64,000 nt of DNA from a bacterium (GTDB lineage: Bacteria; Patescibacteriota; Minisyncoccia; UBA6257; Colwellbacteraceae), in contig JAJYME010000006.1 of NCBI GenBank assembly GCA_021787205.1, positions 15,644 to 79,643 of the forward strand, read 5' to 3'. The stretch's first letter is position 1. Each line of letters starts with the position of its first letter. The notes below the pieces were generated by a model. That model was not told the DNA's origin. It saw only the letters and a program-made list of their open reading frames with translations, and did no database searches. Shown piece by piece: positions 9,744 through 18,523 of this stretch. A program made the position numbers and the translations under genes.

Positions 9744-9840
9744 ATATGTTTAAGAATTTTATGCCTTTCATCCCTCACATGAAAAACTTCAATTCTATGT
9801 CCTCTATTATAGCATATATACCAAAAAAGCAAAAGGTTTC

Positions 9841-10668
9841 TTAGGTCAAAATGACCGGTCCGGATTTGCTGATGCTGATCGTATGTTCAAAATGGGCCGC
9901 AATCGATCCGTCTTCAGTCGCGTATGATCCATCAGAAAGAGAAACGATTTCCCCCTCCCCCAAGGCGAACATCGGTTCGATCGCCAAGACCATTCCTTCT
10001 CTCAGTTTCATTCCGGTTTTCGGATTGCCGAAGTTCCAAACGAAAGGATCTTCATGGACAGCTAATCCGACGCCGTGTCCGGAGAGTCCTTCAGCGATCG
10101 AAAGCTTGAACTTGTTCGCCGTTTTCTCTATTGCCCAACCGATGTCCCCAAGGCTATTTCCGATTATAGAAACCTTGATTGCCTCTTCCAAAGCGATTTT
10201 CGTTCCGTCAATCAATCTCTTTATCTCCTTCGGCATTTCTTTTTCATCCCCGACGAATACCGTCGTAGCCGAATCGGAAAAATAACCGTCGAGATTGACC
10301 CCAAGATCAAGCTTCAAGACATCGTGAGCGCGCAAAACGTAATCCCTAGGTATTCCGTGGACAACGATATTGTTTACTGAGGCGCAAATCGAAGCCGGAT
10401 AAGGCTCACTTGCTCCTTCCGGCCTATAATGGAGAAAGGAAGGGACTCCACCCTCGTCAGTGATCAGGTCGTATGCCAGCTTGTCCAAAAAAGAGAGTTT
10501 TACCCCTTCCTTGGCTGCCTTCTGAAGTCGCCCCAAAGCCCTGTTGAGAATCGCCCCGGAGGCGGCGATACCCTCGATCTGCTCCTCGGTTTTTATTAGA
10601 TTTTTATTCGTATTTTTACTCAATTTGCAACTTAATAACCAAACCTTTGTGTGGTAGCAAATTACCAC
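9841..10668 (-). CDS. map: Methionine aminopeptidase type I
   Basis: Pita-bread metal-ligand pattern (D..D..H..E..E) and the typical position after adk. Confidence 0.9.
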   Translation of the reverse strand: MVICYHTKVWLLSCKLSKNTNKNLIKTEEQIEGIAASGAILNRALGRLQKAAKEGVKLSFLDKLAYDLITDEGGVPSFLHYRPEGASEPYPASICASVNNIVVHGIPRDYVLRAHDVLKLDLGVNLDGYFSDSATTVFVGDEKEMPKEIKRLIDGTKIALEEAIKVSIIGNSLGDIGWAIEKTANKFKLSIAEGLSGHGVGLAVHEDPFVWNFGNPKTGMKLREGMVLAIEPMFALGEGEIVSLSDGSYATEDGSIAAHFEHTISISKSGPVILT

Positions 10669-10698
10669 AATATCCAGTAAATATCAATTTATTTAAAA

Positions 10699-10825
10699 AA
10701 GCATCATATATCTTCATAGCGGCTTTTGAGGCATTTTGGCACGGTCCGACAAAGTCGGCAAAATGCCGAAACCTCGGAGGATGTCGCTGGACGTCCGAGA
10801 ATGAGCGAGAAGATATATGATGCTT
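10699..10825. ncRNA. Copy C of the structured intergenic element
   Basis: 17-bp terminal inverted repeat AAGCATCATATATCTTC and GAAGATATATGATGCTT, with an internal hairpin of AAA loop and a second hairpin of GCTG loop. Confidence 0.45.
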
Positions 10826-10833
10826 ATAAAGGC

Positions 10834-11529
10834 CTACTTGTTAAATTCCTTCCACACCTTCATCACCTCCTTGTGAATATTCTTAGGCGTATTCATCGCA
10901 TCGATTTTTACCACCTTGACGCCCATCTTTTTCATTCTCTGGACTATGGGTAAAGTGAGCCGCTTATATTCCTGGCAACGGATCCTGATTGTCTTCGGCT
11001 CATCCAGTCCCGGTCTCCCTCGAAGGGAATTTCTCTTGACTGATTCTGCGACCGGAATATTGAACCAGATGACGATCATATTCTCCAACCCGTAATACTT
11101 TTCAAGCAAGGCTACCGTCCCTTTTTTTCCATTCATGCCAAAAGCCTCTCGAGGAGTCCTCGGACTGCCGGAAAAAATCAACCCGTGACCGACTCGGGAA
11201 AAATCCTTGATAGGGTCATCGATGATTGAGATTACCCATTCCGGGGAGCAAAGCTTCCCGCTCATGAAGAGCTTTCGTTGTTTTTGGACGATCGGTTTTT
11301 TAAGAGCCTCGGGGTCGTTGATTATCTTTTCGATATGAGTCCCCGTATCGAATTGGGAGAACTTGTCCGTGCCGACCGTCTCCAAGAACAACTTCGCCTG
11401 AGTCCCCTTTCCCGATCCTGGCGGGCCATAAAAGATTACCGCCTTAGGAATATCCTTTCTTTTTATCTTAGTCTCCTTCTCCGCCTTCGTTTCCTTTTTG
11501 GCAGTTTTAACTGAAGTCGTCTTTTTCAT
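10834..11529 (-). CDS. adk: Adenylate kinase
   Basis: IFYGPPGSGKGTQAKLF P-loop. 231 aa with a Lys-rich N-terminal extension. Confidence 0.9.
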   Translation of the reverse strand: MKKTTSVKTAKKETKAEKETKIKRKDIPKAVIFYGPPGSGKGTQAKLFLETVGTDKFSQFDTGTHIEKIINDPEALKKPIVQKQRKLFMSGKLCSPEWVISIIDDPIKDFSRVGHGLIFSGSPRTPREAFGMNGKKGTVALLEKYYGLENMIVIWFNIPVAESVKRNSLRGRPGLDEPKTIRIRCQEYKRLTLPIVQRMKKMGVKVVKIDAMNTPKNIHKEVMKVWKEFNK

Positions 11530-11596
11530 TTTTTTATTATCTTGATTATATCACAAAATAAAAAATAAAGGCGGAAGCCCCGCCCTTATTTCCAGT

Positions 11597-12757
11597 TTAT
11601 TTGACATACCAGCGCATCACGAATTGTCCGGCGTCGCTGCTCGAACAAGAAGTGTTGTAATAGAGCGCCCCGTTGTACCCAGTCCACTTAAAAACCCAAT
11701 CTAGCTTGAGTCCGGTCATATCGGTGGCGCTGCAGCAAGGATTTGCCCAAACGCCATCAGCCCAGTTACACATTCCAAAACTGGTATAAGAACCGCCGTA
11801 TGGAGGATTGTAGTAGCCCGTCGAACCGCCGCCGATGCTGGAACACTGGAGAATGCTCGTCGTCCTGTGCAACAAGGTGGTCACATTATTATAGGGTATC
11901 TTTACCGAAGTGATATCATATTGTTTCACGTTGACGCTGCAGCTTGTTCCGTAACCGGTTCCGACAACATCCGATCCGTTCCAGGCAGCCGTCCCTTTAT
12001 TAACGACAATGCTTGCCAGATTGGCATTAAGCGCCGTCCAACCGCCACCATCCGAAACCATATCGCAATCGACGGCAATGATCGGTTCTATGCCGGTTCC
12101 GTCAACGTCTATCCAATATTGGCCGCTCGCCGCCTGGGAGTATTTCGTCTTGATATCGAGACAACTTGTCCCTTTAGCTACATTGGGGGCGACTGTCAGT
12201 GAGTTCCCCATCTCAAAGACGGCTCCATTATCTCCCCCGTCCTTAGCTGCCGAATCAAAGAATTTCGCCGATTCCACCGCCGCGTCAATCTCAAAGCCTC
12301 CGGCGGCCGCCGCATAAACATAATAGGATCCGGTCGAACCATCGTTCTTAGGATCGATTGGTAAGACCGAAACCGGCGATCCTCCTTTTATATTTCTGAA
12401 ATCTGTCGGCATCCAGCCCGTACCGTCAATCTTGCGGAGATTTGCGGTTGTCACGCATCTGTAAGTCCATCCTGAAGGCAGGGCCGGCAGGCCGGTTATG
12501 TTGGCGCAGGTCGCGGATGTATCCGGGATGGAGATATAGGCGACATTGGCCGCCCCAAGGGAGGTGGCGGGACTGTCGGCGATCAAAAGCATTGTCGCAT
12601 CATCGATTGATTTGATGTCTGTCTTCCTGCTTGAATCCCTTGATTGGGCTAAAAGTTCCGTCGGATTGAGGACTAAGACCGTTGCCGACCCCAAAACGGC
12701 GACGATCGCAATCACTATAAGAAGTTCTATTAAAGTGAAAGCCCGAATACGAGACAT
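11597..12757 (-). CDS. Type IV pilin/pseudopilin-like protein with a large Cys/Gly/Thr-rich C-terminal domain
   Basis: N-terminus RAFTLIELLIVIAIVAVLG is a class III prepilin signal carrying the conserved Glu5. 386 aa. Its own terminators sit on both sides. Confidence 0.6.
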   Translation of the reverse strand: MSRIRAFTLIELLIVIAIVAVLGSATVLVLNPTELLAQSRDSSRKTDIKSIDDATMLLIADSPATSLGAANVAYISIPDTSATCANITGLPALPSGWTYRCVTTANLRKIDGTGWMPTDFRNIKGGSPVSVLPIDPKNDGSTGSYYVYAAAAGGFEIDAAVESAKFFDSAAKDGGDNGAVFEMGNSLTVAPNVAKGTSCLDIKTKYSQAASGQYWIDVDGTGIEPIIAVDCDMVSDGGGWTALNANLASIVVNKGTAAWNGSDVVGTGYGTSCSVNVKQYDITSVKIPYNNVTTLLHRTTSILQCSSIGGGSTGYYNPPYGGSYTSFGMCNWADGVWANPCCSATDMTGLKLDWVFKWTGYNGALYYNTSCSSSDAGQFVMRWYVK

Positions 12758-12856
12758 TATGAGAAATATTTTAACAAAAAAGAGCCTGATACAAAAACAG
12801 CCCGAGTGTCTTTCGACACTCGGACGGTTTTTGTTTGAAATATTTCGTTTTCAAAT

Positions 12857-14137
12857 CTAAGCTGATTCGTATTCGCTGACTTTAAGCTGTGATTCGATTT
12901 GTTGCATTGAATCCAAGGCAACGGAAACGACAATTAAAAGCGTCGTTCCTCCGAAGGTGAAATTCTGCTTGGTTATCACCTGGGTGACAATCGGCAGGAT
13001 TGCCAATACCGCCAGGAATAAGGCGCCGAAGAAAGTTGTCTTTCCGGTGATGTTCCCGAGATAGTTGGCGGTCGGATCTCCAGGACGGATTCCGGGGACG
13101 AATCCACCGGAGTGTTGGAGATTTTTCGAAATTTCATTCGAATCGAAAACAACGGCTGTATAGAAGTAAGTAAAGGCAAAGACAAGGACGAAATAAATGG
13201 CGCCGTAAATGAGCTGATTGCTCATAAATGTCTTGACGGCCCCGTTTATCGCTTGGATGCCCGGAATCGAAGTCAGGGAGAGGAACGCCAGAACCATTTG
13301 CGGCAGCGACAAAAGCGCAATCGCAAAGATTATCGGAATGACTCCCGCCTGAGTTACCTTGATAGGCAAATAACTGTCGACTCCCGCCATTACTCTTCCG
13401 CCCCTTATCCTTTTCGGATAAGTGACAGGAATCCTCCTTTCGCCGGAGCTGATGAATACCACTCCGCCGACGATCAGGACGATCAAAACGGCGAAGACGG
13501 CAAAGACATCAATGCCTAAGGCCCCATCTGAAAGCTTTGAAAAAGCACTCATGATCTGGTTAGGCAATCCGGCGACGATACCGGCGAAGATGACGAGAGA
13601 AACACCGTTTCCGATCTTTTTCTCGTCAATCAATTCGCCGACCCACAAAAGGATCATTGTTCCGGCTGTGGCAACTGCAATGTTGATCCACAAATCCGGA
13701 GACAAGAGACCCATTTTAGGAATAACTTGTTGGGCAGCGAGGAGTTTTATGTAACTGAACGTCTGGATTACAGCCAAAGGAATAGTGATCAATCGGCTGA
13801 TCCTGTTGAATTTGGCGCGTCCAGCCGAACCGTCTTCATAATACATTTCCTTGAGTGATGGGAAAATCATAGTCAAGAGCTGCATTATGATGGTTGCGGT
13901 GATATAAGGGCCTACGCCCAACATCGCCACGGAAATTTTATCCAAACTTCCGCCGGAAAAAACGCTCCAGAAACCCAACATTTGGTTGTTGGCATAAAAC
14001 GCCTTCAAAGCTTCGACGTTTACGTTAGGCAGGACGACTGCCGCAAGCAAACGGAAGAATACGAGAAGGCCCAAGACCACTAGGATCTTGTTCCTTAACT
14101 CTGTCGAACGAAATATTCTCAAAAAGCGTTTAAGCAT
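12857..14137 (-). CDS. secY: Preprotein translocase subunit SecY
   Basis: 426 aa with 10 TM segments and the canonical SecY N-terminus. Confidence 0.95.
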   Translation of the reverse strand: MLKRFLRIFRSTELRNKILVVLGLLVFFRLLAAVVLPNVNVEALKAFYANNQMLGFWSVFSGGSLDKISVAMLGVGPYITATIIMQLLTMIFPSLKEMYYEDGSAGRAKFNRISRLITIPLAVIQTFSYIKLLAAQQVIPKMGLLSPDLWINIAVATAGTMILLWVGELIDEKKIGNGVSLVIFAGIVAGLPNQIMSAFSKLSDGALGIDVFAVFAVLIVLIVGGVVFISSGERRIPVTYPKRIRGGRVMAGVDSYLPIKVTQAGVIPIIFAIALLSLPQMVLAFLSLTSIPGIQAINGAVKTFMSNQLIYGAIYFVLVFAFTYFYTAVVFDSNEISKNLQHSGGFVPGIRPGDPTANYLGNITGKTTFFGALFLAVLAILPIVTQVITKQNFTFGGTTLLIVVSVALDSMQQIESQLKVSEYESA

Positions 14138-14318
14138 GCTTTCCTCTTAATTTTGGCAAGCGCTGAATCATATCTCTTTCAGCAGGGCGGATACGATGAC
14201 CCGAACGGGACTTCTGTCCCTTCTGGCCTTTACCTGAAGTTGTACCACGCTTTCCGCCGCGACCGACGCGCTGTGCGTCTTTATTTTCGTGAATTGCTCT
14301 AATTTCGTGAAGTTGCAT
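14130..14318 (-). CDS. rplO: Ribosomal protein L15, N-terminal domain only (62 aa)
   Basis: GRGGKRGTTSGKGQKGQKSRSG…QRLPKLRG aligns with the first ~60 aa of L15. A stop follows, and the ORF overlaps the secY start by 8 nt. Confidence 0.7.
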   Translation of the reverse strand: MQLHEIRAIHENKDAQRVGRGGKRGTTSGKGQKGQKSRSGHRIRPAERDMIQRLPKLRGKHA

Positions 14319-14325
14319 AATGAGA

Positions 14326-15144
14326 TTACTTTACGGATTTAAGCTGCTTTAAGGCGGCGACGGTAGCCATAGCATTGGTTAATTTGTTCTTGGTTCCTCC
14401 AAGGCACTTTGCAGTGACATCTTTTACTCCTGCGAGCAAAAGAACGGAACGAACAGCTCCACCAGCCATAAGTCCGTGTCCGGGTTTAGCCGGGCGGATA
14501 ATGACTTGGGCGGCAGAGAACTTGGCTTTTGTCTCGTGAGTGATAGTTCCCTCTACGATCTTAAAGGTGACAAGTTTCTTCTTGGCAGCGGTCTTTGCCT
14601 TGGAAACAGCTGACTGGACGTCAGCCCCCTTAGCAACACCGACACCGATGGTTCCTTTTCCATCTCCGATTACAACAGTAGCTCGGAAGCGGAAGCGCTT
14701 TCCACCGGCGACGACACGAGTGACGCGGCGAAGGTCAAGAACAGATTCATTGAATCCATCTCTTTCTTTTTCGACTTCCTTTCTGAAAGGACGTCCACCT
14801 CTTCTGTCTCCGCCTTGAGAGCGGAATCCTCCCTCACGCTTTTCTCCAGGCTTGAAAGGACGGCGAGGTCCGCCAAATGAAGGGCGGGTTCCCTCTTGTC
14901 CTTGAGGACGAGGAGTGAACGGTCGGGAGCCTGCTGGTCTGGGCGTAAACGGCCTAGATCCGGCAGGACGAGAACCTTGTTGTCCGGCAGGACGAGGAGT
15001 GAAAGGACGGGAGCCTGCTGGTCTGGGCGTAAACGGCCTAGATCCGGCAGGTCTCGCGCCAGCGGGTCTTGCGCCAGCCGGTTTAGCGCCGGTGGGACGA
15101 GGAGACGAAGCTGGTTTGGTTGATTGTACTTTTTGTTCTTCCAT
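14326..15144 (-). CDS. rpsE: Ribosomal protein S5 with a ~120-aa Pro/Arg/Gly-rich repetitive N-terminal extension
   Basis: The C-terminal 150 aa form the canonical S5 (RVTRVVAGGKRFRFRATVVIGDGKG…). The N-terminus carries PAGSRPFTPRPAG repeats encoded by an 84-bp tandem DNA repeat. Confidence 0.9.
   Translation of the reverse strand: MEEQKVQSTKPASSPRPTGAKPAGARPAGARPAGSRPFTPRPAGSRPFTPRPAGQQGSRPAGSRPFTPRPAGSRPFTPRPQGQEGTRPSFGGPRRPFKPGEKREGGFRSQGGDRRGGRPFRKEVEKERDGFNESVLDLRRVTRVVAGGKRFRFRATVVIGDGKGTIGVGVAKGADVQSAVSKAKTAAKKKLVTFKIVEGTITHETKAKFSAAQVIIRPAKPGHGLMAGGAVRSVLLLAGVKDVTAKCLGGTKNKLTNAMATVAALKQLKSVK
14906..15052. repeat. In-frame tandem repeat (two ~62-nt near-identical units spaced 84 bp apart) inside the rpsE 5' region
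   Basis: GGACGAGGAGTGAAnGGnCGGGAGCCTGCTGGTCTGGGCGTAAACGGCCTAGATCCGGCAGG appears at 14906-14967 and again at 14990-15052. Confidence 0.8.
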
Positions 15145-15148
15145 TTCC

Positions 15149-15502
15149 TTATATGTTGATGCCGGAATTTCTTAAGGCTTCGGCTACACCTTTTACTCTG
15201 CCGTGATAACGATAGCTTCCTCTGTCAAAAACCATAGCGGCAACGCCCGCCTCCTTGGCTTTTTTCGCGAGAAGTTCGCCTACAAGCATCGACTTTTCGA
15301 CCTTAGTTCCCTTTTTTTCTATTTCGTGAGTGGAAGCGGAAAGAATGGTCTTTCCCAACTCGTCATTTATAAGCTGAGCATAAATGTGTTGGTTGGAGCG
15401 GAAAATTGAAAGTCTGGGGCGTTCCGCGGTTCCGAAAAGCTTGGCTCTTGTGCGCTTCGCTCTTCTCTCGGCTCTAATATTGTTTTTTATTATTTTATTC
15501 AT
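15149..15502 (-). CDS. rplR: Ribosomal protein L18
   Basis: 117 aa in the conserved position between L6 and S5. Confidence 0.9.
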   Translation of the reverse strand: MNKIIKNNIRAERRAKRTRAKLFGTAERPRLSIFRSNQHIYAQLINDELGKTILSASTHEIEKKGTKVEKSMLVGELLAKKAKEAGVAAMVFDRGSYRYHGRVKGVAEALRNSGINI

Positions 15503-15514
15503 TGCCTTTAACTA

Positions 15515-16069
15515 TTATTTTCCAGCGACCTTCTTACCGGCCTTTCTTCTGATTACCTCGTCAGAGTAAGCAATACCGGATCCCTTATAAGGTTCAGGTT
15601 TGCGAACGGCGCGGATGGTAGCAGCGAAAGCTCCGACTTGTTCTTTGTTCATTCCAGAAACTTTGACGACGTTCTTATCAACCGCAACTTTCAATCCCTC
15701 AGGGATTTCAAGATTGACAGGATGAGAATATCCGACAGTCAAGGTTAAAGTGTTTCCAGAAACGGCAGCGCGATAACCGACTCCTTGGATCGTGAGATCC
15801 CTTGAGAAATCAGTTTCGACTCCCGATACGGCGTTCTGAGTCAAAGCTCTCATAGTTCCCCAATTGGCGCGAGTCTGTCTCTCTTCGTTTAAAGCGACGA
15901 AAGAAAGCTCATTTCCTTCCATTTTGGGGGAAATACCCTTCAAAACGGGAACTTGGATAGTTCCATTTTTTCCGGTGACGGAAACAGTCTTGTCTGAGAT
16001 TTCAACTTTGACTGAGGCCGGGACGATTATTATTTTCTTACCTACCTTAGACATATTACCAAATTTCAA
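15515..16069 (-). CDS. rplF: Ribosomal protein L6
   Basis: 184 aa with two L6 repeats. Confidence 0.9.
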   Translation of the reverse strand: MKFGNMSKVGKKIIIVPASVKVEISDKTVSVTGKNGTIQVPVLKGISPKMEGNELSFVALNEERQTRANWGTMRALTQNAVSGVETDFSRDLTIQGVGYRAAVSGNTLTLTVGYSHPVNLEIPEGLKVAVDKNVVKVSGMNKEQVGAFAATIRAVRKPEPYKGSGIAYSDEVIRRKAGKKVAGK

Positions 16070-16436
16070 ATAAGAGTTCTCCGCCGACCTTTTGTTTCTT
16101 AGCTTCCCTTTCAGTCATGACTCCTTTCGGAGTGGTCAAGAAATAATTTCCGTATCCTTGCTTTGAAAGACGGATATCCCTGTAACCCTTATAGATCCTC
16201 TGGGAAGGCTTGCTCACGATGCGAAGATCGGAAATCGCAGGGACTTCCCCTTCGTACTTGAGCTCAATATCGATTATTTTCTTAATGCTTCTGCCTTTCT
16301 TTTCAGCCGAAGCGATATACCCGGATTTGACGAGAGCGTCTACTATTTCCATATCAAACTGAGCATATGGAACCTTAACCCTCTTTTTTCCTGCGAGAAT
16401 CGCGTTCTTAATCCTGGTTAACATATTAATATACAT
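16056..16436 (-). CDS. rpsH: Ribosomal protein S8
   Basis: 126 aa and conserved position. Confidence 0.9.
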   Translation of the reverse strand: MYINMLTRIKNAILAGKKRVKVPYAQFDMEIVDALVKSGYIASAEKKGRSIKKIIDIELKYEGEVPAISDLRIVSKPSQRIYKGYRDIRLSKQGYGNYFLTTPKGVMTEREAKKQKVGGELLFEIW

Positions 16437-16448
16437 ACGCGTAAGTTT

Positions 16449-16634
16449 TTACCAAGAAGCTTTTTTTACACCCGGGATAAGGCCATTCGACGCAAGTTCC
16501 CTGAAGCAAATTCTGCAGATACCGAAGTCGCGCATATATCCATGCTTACGACCGCACTTGAAACAACGGTTAACTGATTTAACCTCATGCTTTTGTTTTT
16601 TTCTCGCTCTCGCGATTACTGATGTTTTAGCCAT
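16449..16634 (-). CDS. rpsZ: Ribosomal protein S14, zinc-binding type Z
   Basis: 61 aa with CFKCGRKHG…CRIC (C4). Confidence 0.9.
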   Translation of the reverse strand: MAKTSVIARARKKQKHEVKSVNRCFKCGRKHGYMRDFGICRICFRELASNGLIPGVKKASW

Positions 16635-16643
16635 AAGTATATA

Positions 16644-17144
16644 TTAGTCGACTAACGGTAATCCTTTTTCGCGATAGAAGGCGATGGCCTCTTCGCGATC
16701 CCTGATATTCGACACAAGGGTAATCTCCAAGCCAAAGTTATACTTTGAGGCTTCGGGATTGATTTCAGGGAAGACAGATTGATCTTTGAATCCGATGGAA
16801 ATGTTTCCATTTCTATCGATGTGTTTTGCAGAGATTCCTTTGAAATCTCTGACACGAGGCAAAACGGCAGAACCAAGTTTGGTTAAGAAATCATTCATTC
16901 TTCTACCACGAAGTGAAGCGACGATTCCGACAGCTTCTCCTTCTCTAACCTTGAATCCTGCAACGGACTTTTTTGCTCTGGTGATAGCCGGAGTCTGTCC
17001 AACGATTGAAGCAAACTCCTTGACGATCTCAGGCAAAACTTTGTCCTCAAATTGAGCGTTTTGCAATCGCATCTTACCAAGGCCGCTTGAGACGACAATC
17101 TTTTGGAGCGTCGGGCTTTTGGATTGTGCTTTGTTTTTTGACAT
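16644..17144 (-). CDS. rplE: Ribosomal protein L5
   Basis: 166 aa and conserved position. Confidence 0.9.
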   Translation of the reverse strand: MSKNKAQSKSPTLQKIVVSSGLGKMRLQNAQFEDKVLPEIVKEFASIVGQTPAITRAKKSVAGFKVREGEAVGIVASLRGRRMNDFLTKLGSAVLPRVRDFKGISAKHIDRNGNISIGFKDQSVFPEINPEASKYNFGLEITLVSNIRDREEAIAFYREKGLPLVD

Positions 17145-17157
17145 TTAAATTAAATAT

Positions 17158-17463
17158 TTAGAAAGAGCCTCCGCACTTTTTGCAGACTCTTTTTTTCTTG
17201 TCGCCTTCCGTAACGGATCCGACGCGGGTCGGTTTGCTGCATAATGGGCAAACGATCATCGCGTTTGAAGCGTTAAGAGGGGCGGCAACGGAAACGATTT
17301 GTCCGGTTTCTCCCATCTTTTTGGGCTTGACGGCGCGCTTCATAATGTTCAATCCCTCAACCACGATGCGGTTTTCTTTCGGATTGACTGAAGCGACCTT
17401 ACCGCTTTTCCCGGAATCCTTTCCCTTAGTTATTAAAACTTTGTCTCCTTTTTTGATATTCAT
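17158..17463 (-). CDS. rplX: Ribosomal protein L24 with a C-terminal C4 zinc-ribbon extension
   Basis: KOW motif KKGDKVLITKGKDSGKSGKV. The C-terminus carries CPLC…CKKC. Start placed at the internal Met (MNIKKGDKV). Confidence 0.85.
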   Translation of the reverse strand: MNIKKGDKVLITKGKDSGKSGKVASVNPKENRIVVEGLNIMKRAVKPKKMGETGQIVSVAAPLNASNAMIVCPLCSKPTRVGSVTEGDKKKRVCKKCGGSF

Positions 17464-17470
17464 ATTAGTA

Positions 17471-17839
17471 TTAGACAATGTCTTCCGCCAAAGAAACGAT
17501 CTTTTCAAATCCTTTTTCTTTGAGTTCTTTGGGGATTGGCCCGAAGATGCGGGTTCCGACCGGTTCTTTCTTGGGATTCAAGATGACGGCGGCATTATCA
17601 TCGAAACGGACATAAAGTCCTCCCTTACGACGCATATTCTGCTTCGTGCGGACGATGACAGCTTTGACGACATCTTTCTTCTTAACCGACTTTCTCGGTT
17701 CAGCAACTTGGACGGAAGCAACGATGATATCGCCAACGCGGGCATATCTTCTCTTTGAACCTCCCAAGATGCGGAAACAACGAATGGTTTTGGCTCCTGA
17801 GTTGTCGGCAACTCTTAAAATTGATCTTTCCTGTATCAT
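17471..17839 (-). CDS. rplN: Ribosomal protein L14
   Basis: 122 aa and canonical. Confidence 0.95.
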   Translation of the reverse strand: MIQERSILRVADNSGAKTIRCFRILGGSKRRYARVGDIIVASVQVAEPRKSVKKKDVVKAVIVRTKQNMRRKGGLYVRFDDNAAVILNPKKEPVGTRIFGPIPKELKEKGFEKIVSLAEDIV

Positions 17840-17848
17840 AGGTCTGAA

Positions 17849-18106
17849 TTATTTTTCGATCTTGCCGGAAACCTTGAATCTCTTATCTTTCGAAAGAGGG
17901 CGGGTTTCTTCGATTACAACTTTATCGCCGACCTTGTATTCGTTATTTTCATCATGCGCTTTGAAGCGCTTTGAAACGTAGAAATACTTTTGGTACTTCT
18001 CGTTTTTGATATGGCGTTTGACTTCGACAACGACGGTTTTATCCATCTTGTCAGAGACGACGACGCCTTCTAACTTTCTTACTTGTTTGTCAGTTCCGGT
18101 AGTCAT
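17849..18106 (-). CDS. rpsQ: Ribosomal protein S17
   Basis: 85 aa with an OB fold (KTVVVEV…). Confidence 0.9.
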   Translation of the reverse strand: MTTGTDKQVRKLEGVVVSDKMDKTVVVEVKRHIKNEKYQKYFYVSKRFKAHDENNEYKVGDKVVIEETRPLSKDKRFKVSGKIEK

Positions 18107-18107
18107 T

Positions 18108-18518
18108 TTATTTTTTAATGATTTTAGTTTTTACCGGAAGTTTATGACCGGCAAGACGGAAAGCGTTTTCAGCGGTTTGGGCTGAGACACCATCCATCTC
18201 GAAGAGGATGCGACCGGGCTTGATCGGAGCGACATAATGGTCGACCGCGCCTTTTCCGGCGCCCATTGTAACTTCAGGCGGCTTTTTGGTTATTGGTTTA
18301 TCAGGGAAAATCCTGATCCAAATCTTACCTTCTCTTTTGATGAAATTGGTAAGAGTGCGACGAGCGGACTCTATTTGGGCTGAGGTGAGCCAGGCAGGTT
18401 CGAGAGCTTGGATTCCGTATGAACCGAATGCAAGATCCATTCCTCTGGTTTCAACTTCACGCTTAAGAGAACGTCCCTTCTGCATCTTTCTATGTTTTAC
18501 TTTTTTAGGAATAAGCAT
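18108..18518 (-). CDS. rplP: Ribosomal protein L16
   Basis: [11 protein letters not shown]…[14 protein letters not shown] aligns with L16. Start placed at the internal Met after the S3 stop. Confidence 0.9.
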   Translation of the reverse strand: MLIPKKVKHRKMQKGRSLKREVETRGMDLAFGSYGIQALEPAWLTSAQIESARRTLTNFIKREGKIWIRIFPDKPITKKPPEVTMGAGKGAVDHYVAPIKPGRILFEMDGVSAQTAENAFRLAGHKLPVKTKIIKK

Positions 18519-18523
18519 AGCAA

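Noticed and set aside
14880-15110. CRISPR-like repeat array
   Set aside because: There are only two full units plus degenerate copies. They lie in frame inside rpsE and are spaced 84 bp apart, which is a multiple of 3, so this is a coding tandem repeat. No cas genes are nearby.
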